NCBI RefSeq assembly: GCF_022701215.1
Contig: NZ_CP089976.1
Location: 1,530,001-1,562,000 of the forward strand
From: Moraxella nasovis
GTDB lineage: Bacteria; Pseudomonadota; Gammaproteobacteria; Pseudomonadales; Moraxellaceae
Length of the DNA: 32,000 bases
Direction of reading: 5' to 3'
Below are positions 19,039 to 27,400 of the stretch, piece by piece. Position numbers and translations under genes: made by a program. The notes below the pieces were generated by a model. That model ran no database searches. It had not been told where the DNA came from and saw only the letters and a list, made by a program, of their open reading frames with translations. Position 1 is the stretch's first letter; each line of letters opens with the position of its first letter.

Positions 19039-20496
19039 ATGCCATTTAAACCTATACCCACCGCCATTGCCGTGGCGATTACACTCATTATTTGGTTTGT
19101 GATACCTGTGCCAGCAGGCGTTGAGCCAAATGCGTGGCATTTACTTGCTTTATTTGTAGGGACGATTGCAGCCATCATCGGTAAAGCCTTGCCGATTGGG
19201 GCGATCTCTATCATCGCCATCACGCTTGTGGCATTGACAGGCGTTACCGCTGACAGCCCAAAAGAGGCGATGAAAGATGCGTTGTCAAGTTTTTCAAGTC
19301 CGCTGATTTGGCTAATCGCCATTGCGGTGATTATCTCTCGTGGGCTTGTTAAGACAGGACTTGGAGCTAGGATTGCTTATAATATTTTGGCGATTTTTGG
19401 TAAAAAGACACTAGGGATTGGCTACTCGCTTGCCTTTGCTGAGTTATTGATTGCTCCGATTACCCCATCAAACACCGCTCGTGGTGGGGCGATTATCCAC
19501 CCTATCATGCGATCTATTGCCGAAAGCTTTGACTCAAAGCCTGAAGACGGCACAGAAAATAAAATGGGTAAATATTTGGCACAGGTCAATTACCAATCAA
19601 ACCCCATCACTTCAGCGATGTTCATTACTGCCACCGCCCCAAACCCTTTGATTGTTAAGCTTGTGGGTGAAGTAACAGGCAGTCAAATACAGCTGTCATG
19701 GACGACATGGGCGTTGGCGATGTTTTTGCCGGGGCTTGCGTGTATCTTACTTATGCCACTTGTGATATATCTTATCCAAAAACCTAAAATCACCCAAACC
19801 CCTGATGTTAAAGCCTTTACCAATGCTAAGTTAGCCGAGCTTGGTGCAGTCAGCCGTGATGAAAAAATCATGCTTTTGGTGTTTGGCGGTATGCTTTTGT
19901 TATGGGCGAACGTGCCTGCGATGATATTTGGCGACGCCTTTAGATTTGATGCAACTGCCGTGGCGTTCTTAGGTTTATCTGCTATTATTTTGACTGGTGT
20001 TTTGACGTGGGACGACATTATTAAAGAAAAGTCAGCTTGGGATACGCTTGTGTGGTTTGGTGTGCTGATTATGATGGCAACCTACCTTAATAAGCTTGGG
20101 CTAATTGGCTGGTTCTCAGGTAATATTGAGGGTATGATTAATGGCATGGGTGTCAGCTGGGTGGTTGGCGTTGCGATTTTGACGGCGATTTATTTATATG
20201 CTCACTACTTTTTTGCTAGTACCACAGCCCACATCACCGCTATGTTTGCTGCCTTTTATACGGTGGGTATCGCCCTTGGTGCACCGCCCATGCTGTACGC
20301 ACTGATTTTGGCAGCGTCTAGTAGTCTGATGATGAGTCTTACTCACTATGCCACAGGTACTGCTCCTGTTGTCTTTAACTCAAACTACGTCTCACTAGGT
20401 GAGTGGTGGAAAGTTGGCTTTATCATGAGTATTGTAAACTTAGCTGTGTGGATTGGCGTGGGATTGATTTGGTGGAAAGTGCTAGGGTTTTATTAA
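19039..20496 (+). CDS. DASS-family anion/dicarboxylate transporter (CitT/TtdT/2-oxoglutarate-malate translocator-like)
   Basis: About 485-aa polytopic protein. The N-terminus FVIPVPAGVEPNAWHLLALFVGTIAAII parallels CitT. SNTARGGAI and THYATGTAP look like the paired hairpin motifs. The ATG at 19039 is preceded by AAGGGG. Confidence 0.7.
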   Translation: MPFKPIPTAIAVAITLIIWFVIPVPAGVEPNAWHLLALFVGTIAAIIGKALPIGAISIIAITLVALTGVTADSPKEAMKDALSSFSSPLIWLIAIAVIISRGLVKTGLGARIAYNILAIFGKKTLGIGYSLAFAELLIAPITPSNTARGGAIIHPIMRSIAESFDSKPEDGTENKMGKYLAQVNYQSNPITSAMFITATAPNPLIVKLVGEVTGSQIQLSWTTWALAMFLPGLACILLMPLVIYLIQKPKITQTPDVKAFTNAKLAELGAVSRDEKIMLLVFGGMLLLWANVPAMIFGDAFRFDATAVAFLGLSAIILTGVLTWDDIIKEKSAWDTLVWFGVLIMMATYLNKLGLIGWFSGNIEGMINGMGVSWVVGVAILTAIYLYAHYFFASTTAHITAMFAAFYTVGIALGAPPMLYALILAASSSLMMSLTHYATGTAPVVFNSNYVSLGEWWKVGFIMSIVNLAVWIGVGLIWWKVLGFY

Positions 20497-20526
20497 TGCC
20501 AAAGTCAGCTACTGCTACATACCATA

Positions 20527-20559
20527 AACCAAGTCAGCTTGTATGGCTTGGTTTTTTTT
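20527..20559 (+). terminator. Rho-independent terminator after the DASS transporter gene
   Basis: Stem AACCAAG / CTTGGTT with a 13-nt loop, followed by a T-run. Confidence 0.5.
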
Positions 20560-20812
20560 GTGGAGTTGGGCTTGATTGATAAGGCGGTTTTTTTAGTCTT
20601 TAGTGAGTATCGAGTAATCGCAGGTTCAGTCAAACTTGCAAGCCCCAACGTTTGTATATGTTGGATTTCGCTTTATTTTAGCCTGCCATGAATTTTTTAA
20701 GTCAAGATAAGCTAAGATTGGGACAAAATTTGATAATACCACCCAAATAAAAGCTGCCAATCATTGACAGCTTTTTATGGATAGTATTTAGTGGATAGCG
20801 TTTAGCGAGTGC

Positions 20813-21532
20813 TTAGTCTTGCAGATAGCCAATCAAGCGTAAAAACTCAATATACATCCACACAAGCGTTGATAAGATACCAATGCTAAACACCCACTCA
20901 TATTCACGAGCAATGCCATAATGTACGCCTTTATCAATGTTATCAAAGTCAAGCAATAAGCTAAAAGAAGCAATCAGCGTGACAAAGACGCTAAAGCCAA
21001 TGGCAATCAGACCACCATCAAATAATAACGGCAGGCTTGAGCCAAAAAAATGAAAGCCAAGTTGCACTAGATATAAGATACCGATGGCGATAACAGCCGA
21101 CATGATGATAGAGCGAAACTTCTCAGTTACCTTAATGACGCCAGTCACATACAGCGACAGCATGACGGCAGCGGTGATAAAAGTTGCCGCTAGGGCAGAT
21201 AGTGGCACAGATGGGTATATGCGATACATAATCACGCTAAACGCACCGATTAGCACACCTTCAACGAGTGCATACGGCACAGCTACCGTCTTAGCCAGAT
21301 GTGGCTTAAAGGCACTAACTAGCCCAAGCCCCATACCCACAAATAACGCCACTAAAGCGATGGGGTACAGCATACTTGGGCTGATACCACCCATCAAAGC
21401 ATAAAAAAACGTCCCAAAGCCTGCCACGCTTGCTAAGGCGAGTAAAAATGCACTTTTATGCACCACGCCATCGACGCTCATTGGTACAGTGCCGACCTTA
21501 AGCTCAGTACGACTTATGATAGGGTTTGCCAT
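20813..21532 (-). CDS. Bax inhibitor-1/YccA-family membrane protein (BaxI_1 type)
   Basis: Seven hydrophobic spans, an ANPIISRT N-terminus, and a C-terminal LLLDFDNI...YIEFLRLIGYL pattern. I prefer the ATG at 21532, which is 6 nt after AGGA, over 21538. Confidence 0.6.
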   Translation of the reverse strand: MANPIISRTELKVGTVPMSVDGVVHKSAFLLALASVAGFGTFFYALMGGISPSMLYPIALVALFVGMGLGLVSAFKPHLAKTVAVPYALVEGVLIGAFSVIMYRIYPSVPLSALAATFITAAVMLSLYVTGVIKVTEKFRSIIMSAVIAIGILYLVQLGFHFFGSSLPLLFDGGLIAIGFSVFVTLIASFSLLLDFDNIDKGVHYGIAREYEWVFSIGILSTLVWMYIEFLRLIGYLQD

Positions 21533-21708
21533 AATCATTCCTGTTGTCTAATTAGATTTCCTTAATTATTGAAAAACTTAGTAATTTTGTCAAGTGAAGT
21601 TTTGTTATCGGTGGTGTTTTGGGCTGATTTTGATTGTGTTTGTGGTGGTTTTTTTGTATCATACGCTTAAATTTATGCTGTTAAAGCACCTTTAAAGCAC
21701 CTTTTTTT

Positions 21709-22728
21709 ATGTCAAATTTCACGAACAATCACCCAAAACGAGATAAATTTAAAAAAATCGGTCTGATGGGGCGTGCTGGCAAGTCCAGCGTCGTTACCAC
21801 GCTAAATGAACTCATTGCCTTACTGATGGGGCGTGGGCTGTCTGTTATCATTGATACAGATACAGCAGCTATTGATGGCATCTTAATTGACTTTGATGAA
21901 GTAGATGGCGATAAGCTAAAGATTGTCCCACGCCAAAGGATTGGCGAGCATTGCGATTTTGTTATCGTGGTGGGGGGTGATGGCTCTATGCTTCAGGCGG
22001 CAAGCGTTCTGGCAGGGACGGATGTACCTGTGCTTGGGGTGAACCGTGGGCGGCTTGGTTTTTTGGCAGATGTCAATCCTGATGAGCTGTCTTTACGGAT
22101 TGCCCAAGCATTAGATGGGGAGTATTGGCTTGCTGAGCGTTTTTTGATTCAGTTTCGCATTGTCCAAAATGACAAAAACGGCAACCCAACCGAGAACGTC
22201 ATTCATGAAGACATTGCCTTAAATGACGTCGTGCTACACGCAGGCAAATCGGTGCATACGATTGATTTTACCCTAAAGATTAACGGCTTAGATGTCTATC
22301 GCCTACACGCTGATGGGCTAATCATCGCCACACCGACAGGCTCTACAGCCTACTCACTATCTGCAGGCGGGCCTATCATTCACCCTACGATTGACGCCAT
22401 TAGTCTTGTGCCTATGCACCCGCACACACTATCATCTCGTCCGCTGGTCGTGGCAGGAGCAAGCCAAATCGCCATTAACGTCCATAAAGATAACCGCACC
22501 CAGCCGATGGTCGGAGCAGATGGTAAGGCGTCCGCCCCACTTGAGAGCGACCAGACCCTACTCATCGCCAAGTACGATAAGACCTTATTACTGCTACACC
22601 CACCAGGGTATAACTTTTATAAGGCGTGCCGCACTAAGCTAAACTGGAACGCATTTAGCGATGAATTTGCCCTAGATAGTGATAAAGCAGACGAAGATTG
22701 CACAAAACCACACGAGAAGACGACATGA
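21709..22728 (+). CDS. nadK: NAD+ kinase
   Basis: VVGGDGSML, NRGRLGFL and TPTGSTAYSLSAGGPI motifs, plus an acidic C-terminal extension of about 40 aa. Confidence 0.88.
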   Translation: MSNFTNNHPKRDKFKKIGLMGRAGKSSVVTTLNELIALLMGRGLSVIIDTDTAAIDGILIDFDEVDGDKLKIVPRQRIGEHCDFVIVVGGDGSMLQAASVLAGTDVPVLGVNRGRLGFLADVNPDELSLRIAQALDGEYWLAERFLIQFRIVQNDKNGNPTENVIHEDIALNDVVLHAGKSVHTIDFTLKINGLDVYRLHADGLIIATPTGSTAYSLSAGGPIIHPTIDAISLVPMHPHTLSSRPLVVAGASQIAINVHKDNRTQPMVGADGKASAPLESDQTLLIAKYDKTLLLLHPPGYNFYKACRTKLNWNAFSDEFALDSDKADEDCTKPHEKTT

Positions 22729-23018
22729 ATAAACACGATATCCTAGCCCATCTCACCCCTGACATTGTCGCCAAATTTCGCACCGCCATCGAGATTGGCA
22801 AATGGGAAAATGGCGAAAAACTTACCGATGAACAGCGTCAGACCTGTATGCAGGCAGTGATGGTGTGGGAGCATGAGTATCTACCTGTACACGAGCGTAC
22901 AGGCTATATCGCCAAGCCAAAAGACGATAAAGGTAACACCATAGGCGAGGCGTGTGATGTGGAGCATGAACACCACTACCCAAATCTAAATACTGAGCAG
23001 GTGGTAAAATTTAAGTAG
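22725..23018 (+). CDS. yeaC: YeaC-like protein (DUF1315)
   Basis: The ATG at 22725 overlaps the nadK stop (ATGA). AIEIGKWENGEKLTDEQRQTCMQAVMVWE parallels E. coli YeaC. Confidence 0.65.
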   Translation: MNKHDILAHLTPDIVAKFRTAIEIGKWENGEKLTDEQRQTCMQAVMVWEHEYLPVHERTGYIAKPKDDKGNTIGEACDVEHEHHYPNLNTEQVVKFK

Positions 23019-23068
23019 TGTCTAGTTAAAAGCATAAAACGCGTTAGGTACATAATCTTAAAATTAAT

Positions 23069-23099
23069 TTGCAAATCATCACACATAGTATTATAATAC
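23069..23099 (+). promoter_or_regulatory. Sigma70 promoter with overlapping palindromic operator for the toxin-antitoxin pair
   Basis: TTGCAA (23069-23074), 17 nt, TATAAT (23092-23097). The perfect 12-bp palindrome GTATTATAATAC (23088-23099) is centred on the -10. Confidence 0.5.
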
Positions 23100-23124
23100 A
23101 AAGTATCATAAATGAGATAACGCC

Positions 23125-23448
23125 ATGTACACACTAAAAGAAACCGCTATTTATTCCAAAATGGTCAATGCTTTATTTACCCAAGATGAACAAGAGCAGC
23201 TACATATCTTTATCGCCCAAAATCACGACAACGGCGATGTTATCCCCCATAGTGGCGGCTGTCGCAAAATCCGTTATGCTCGCACAGGCATGGGTAAGCG
23301 TGGTGGCGTACGAGTAATTTATTATAACCAGTTAGATGATGGCGTGATAAATTTGCTTTTAGTCTATGCCAAAGCCAAAACCCAAAATATCCCAAGTCAT
23401 ATCCTAAAACAAATTACAAAAGAGCTAAACAAAGGAGTTCAACCATGA
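23125..23448 (+). CDS. RelE/HigB-like type II toxin (DUF1044-type)
   Basis: 107 aa with GGCRKIRYARTGMGKRGGVRVIYY...LLLVYAKAK, characteristic of this RelE-superfamily branch. It is encoded upstream of, and overlaps, an HTH gene. Confidence 0.7.
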   Translation: MYTLKETAIYSKMVNALFTQDEQEQLHIFIAQNHDNGDVIPHSGGCRKIRYARTGMGKRGGVRVIYYNQLDDGVINLLLVYAKAKTQNIPSHILKQITKELNKGVQP

Positions 23449-23747
23449 TTGATTTAGACACCACTAACATTGCTACGCATGAGTTCACAGGTGAAGAGAT
23501 TGGCGAGCTGCTTTTGGCAAGTGTAAAACAGATGAAGCAAGGCGAATTTGCCAAGGTTGTTAGTATCCCAAGCACCATTCGCCAAGAAGTCGGATTATCC
23601 CAAAGCCAATTTGCTAAGGCTCTTGGCATTTCGGTGAATACGCTTAAATCATGGGAGCAGGGGCAGCGTCAGCCCAGTGGCAGTGCTCGTGTACTACTTA
23701 CCCTACTTGCTCGTCGTCCTGAGCTGATTAAAGAGCTAGCCACTTAA
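23445..23747 (+). CDS. XRE-family HTH antitoxin (HigA/NadS-like)
   Basis: ATGA overlap with the toxin stop. SQSQFAKALGISVNTLKSWEQGQRQPSGSARVLLTLL is a classic HTH_XRE segment found in partners of DUF1044 toxins. Confidence 0.7.
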   Translation: MIDLDTTNIATHEFTGEEIGELLLASVKQMKQGEFAKVVSIPSTIRQEVGLSQSQFAKALGISVNTLKSWEQGQRQPSGSARVLLTLLARRPELIKELAT

Positions 23748-24268
23748 GTTACACGCTTGTGATAAGCATGAATGCTGATAAGTCATCTAGTGTCGTGGGC
23801 GATGCTCTACTAGCCCACCTATCTACTAGCACGCCTTTCTAGCCTTGCGTTACAGATTACGCCTTAAGATAAGGTTTTTTGTCTTTTTGTGGCAAGCCTA
23901 ACACCAATCTTAGTCATTAAAATTGCTTGTAGGTTGGGTGAAAGTTGACACCGAGCATTTAAAGGCGTTGGGTGTCGCTTTTAGATGTGTTATGACTTAT
24001 ACATAAGATACCAAGCTTTGCCTTAGTTGATGTATCAGGGCTATCCTTATTAGACAGCTATATCAATTCCCCACAAAAATTGTCAATGTGTGTGCTTTAA
24101 AATCATTATGTAACTTTATGTATATAAAACGCTAATTTATGTATTTTCTATAGCATACGCTTGATTTAGTATATATAATATCTCATGTAAAACTAAACTT
24201 AAAATAAATCTAAACTAATTAGCCCATCATATCCCCTTACGCCACACCCATAAACCTTGTATAAAATC

Positions 24269-24283
24269 GGGGGGGGGAGGGGG
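24269..24283 (+). repeat. Homopolymeric G tract G9-A-G5 in the adhesin gene leader/promoter region
   Basis: Read directly as tcGGGGGGGGGAGGGGGtg, 209-223 nt upstream of the autotransporter ATG. Confidence 0.9.
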
Positions 24284-24491
24284 TGATTTTGTCAAATATT
24301 AATTTGTATAGACAAATTTATCTATTTGCATAATAAATTATCTTTTTGACCGTTGTTGTCTTAGTATGGCTGCCTTTATCTTGATAACAAAGGTTGCTAC
24401 AGCCTTGATAATGACCAGTGTATTAATGACTACTGTATCAATAACCACTGCATTGATGAGCTAATTTAGTCAGACCATAGAGAGTATCTAC

Positions 24492-27400
24492 ATGAATAAA
24501 ATTTACAAAATCGTTTGGAATTCTGCCACCGCCACATGGACGGTCGTCTCAGAGTATGCCCGTGGTAAGGGTAAGACTAAGTCTGCCAAAAAACTCGCCT
24601 TAGCTGTTGCCACCACCGCAATGCTATCAGGCACAGCGATGGCACAAGCATCATCCGCTGTCAAAACAGACAATCAAACCATCAAAGTAAATCAAGATGG
24701 CAACATCGCTGCCATCACAGGGGGCTTAACACCCCTAGAAGAAACGAACGACCGAGGTACGCAGTTCCAAAATGCAGGGGGCGGTGGATCAGCATTAATG
24801 ACTGTTGGGAGCGTAGCGACTGCATTAAATAGCATGAAATTAGGTGTAAAAGCCGAAGCCAATGGCGGTGCCGCCACAGGTAATGAAAAGACTGCCCACA
24901 TCACTCTAGCGGGTACTATCTTGCGACTAAAAGCAGGTGAAGGTATCAAGATTGACCAAGCTAATAGAGACACCAGTTTTACTTTCTCTACCATACCTGA
25001 GCCACGCCGTCTGCTAAGTAATAACCCAGATAATGGCGTCGTCTCTGCAAACACACCAGATTTAAAACTGCCCGAAAACCTACAACCGCTCGATGAGTTA
25101 AAAACTAAGGTGGATGAGGCGACGGGTCCTAAACTAAATAGATTAAAACCTCAATTTTGGGATAAGGCAATTGACTATGTCAATACATTGCCCCTAGCAG
25201 AACGACCTGAAAATTGGGCTAACTTAAATGAAGATGATCAGGCAGTTGCGGCAGAGGAATTGGTCAGACGTAAACTTGCCGATGAAAAAGCCAAGATTGC
25301 CGCGGCAAAACAAGGTCTGGATAATCAGCTAACCACCGCCGCAACGGTTCGAGACGCCATCAATAATTCAGGTTTTCTTGCCACATCAAGCAAGTCTGAG
25401 GGCGGAGAGATTGATGAGGCGAACAAAAAAGATCATCTCATCAAAACAGGTGAGACACTCACCCTAGATGCTGGCAAAAACATGAAAATCGTCCAAAAAG
25501 ACGGTAAGTTCACGTTCGCCACCAAAGCTGAAGTTGAGTTTGATAAAGTCACCTCAAAAGAAGTTGTTGTGCCAACAAAGGATGAAGATAACCCAAATGC
25601 TGCTCCAATCACCATCAATAAAGACGGTATTAAAGCAGGCAACAAAGCAATCACCAATGTAGCTGGCAACCTAGCTGGAGCAAAAGAAGGTACCCAAGCA
25701 CCGACGATAGTTGGTACTGCCCCTGCTGATAAAGACACCATCAAAAACAACGCAGCCACTGTGGGCGATGTATTAAATGCTGGGTTTAACCTAAAAGTTA
25801 AAAATGGTAATACAGCAGCACAAGAAAAAGACTTTGTTACCGCTTATGACAACGTCATCTTTGCTGATGGCAGTGGCACTATTGCAAGTGTAGTGGTTTC
25901 AGATGAAGGTAAAACGTCTACCATCAAATATGATGTCAATGCTGGCGATGGTATCGAAGTTGTGGACGGTAAAGTTAAGGTTAAACCAAAAACCGAAAAC
26001 AATAAAAACGTCAGCGGTCTAATTGTTGATACCAATGGCGTTAGTGTGAATGTGGATAACAGCACTATCACAATAGAAGATGGCAAATTAAAAGCTAACT
26101 TCAAAGATACTGATACTAACAACATCACTACTTTGGCTAATGGCAATCTGACTACGGTGAAAGACTCTGGTACAGATGGCAACCACGCCTATGAAGTTAA
26201 TGTTACCACAGCTGACATCACGTCTGATCCAGCTACAGGTGCTATCACCGCCCCAAAAACTGACGGTGTGGCAACCGCTATCAATGTAGCGAATGCAATT
26301 AAAAATGCAGGTTTTAAACTGACATCATCAGCTGAAGGCGGTGAGAAAGACACAGGTTCAATAGCTAATCCTGAAATCATCAACCCTGCTGACACAGTAG
26401 AAATGGTTGCAGGCAAAAACCTAACTGTTAAGCAAGAGGCGAACGGTAAGATTACCTATGCCACTAAATCTGAGGTTGAGTTTGATAAAGTCACCTCAAA
26501 AGAAGTTGTTGTGCCAACAAAGGATGAAGATAACCCAAATGCTGCTCCAATCACCATCAATAAAGACGGTATTAAAGCAGGCAACAAAGCAATCACCAAT
26601 GTAGCTGGCAACCTAGCTGGAGCAAAAGAAGGTACCCAAGCACCGACGATAGTTGGTACTGCCCCTGCTGATAAAGACACCATCAAAAACAACGCAGCCA
26701 CTGTGGGCGATGTATTAAATGCTGGGTTTAACCTAAAAGTTAAAAATGGTAATACAGCAGCACAAGAAAAAGACTTTGTTACCGCTTATGACAACGTCAT
26801 CTTTGCTGATGGCAGTGGCACTATTGCAAGTGTAGTGGTTTCAGATGAAGGTAAAACGTCTACCATCAAATATGATGTCAATGCTGGCGATGGTATCGAA
26901 GTTGTGGACGGTAAAGTTAAGGTTAAACCAAAAACCGAAAACAATAAAAACGTCAGCGGTCTAATTGTTGATACCAATGGCGTTAGTGTGAATGTGGATA
27001 ACAGCACTATCACAATAGAAGATGGCAAATTAAAAGCTAACTTCAAAGATACTGATACTAACAACATCACTACTTTGGCTAATGGCAATCTGACTACGGT
27101 GAAAGACTCTGGTACAGATGGCAACCACGCCTATGAAGTTAATGTTACCACAGCTGACATCACGTCTGATCCAGCTACAGGTGCTATCACCGCCCCAAAA
27201 ACTGACGGTGTGGCAACCGCTATCAATGTAGCGAATGCAATTAAAAATGCAGGTTTTAAACTGACATCATCAGCTGAAGGCGGTGAGAAAGACACAGGTT
27301 CAATAGCTAATCCTGAAATCATCAACCCTGCTGACACAGTAGAAATGGTTGCAGGCAAAAACCTAACTGTTAAGCAAGAGGCGAACGGTAAGATTACCTA

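Noticed and set aside
20749-20776. A hairpin AAAAGCTG…CAGCTTTT downstream of the BI-1-like gene as its terminator.
   Set aside because: Only 4 G/C-containing pairs plus A-T extension, so the predicted stability is too low to report as a feature.
23925-23990. A possible dispersed REP-like element. GTTGGGTGTCGCTTT (with TTGTAGGTTGGGTG upstream) resembles GTTGGATTTCGCTTT in the intergenic region at about 20660-20675.
   Set aside because: Only about 13 of 15 nt are shared and the flanking structure differs (direct versus inverted partner). It cannot be evaluated without a genome-wide copy count, so I leave it as a note only.
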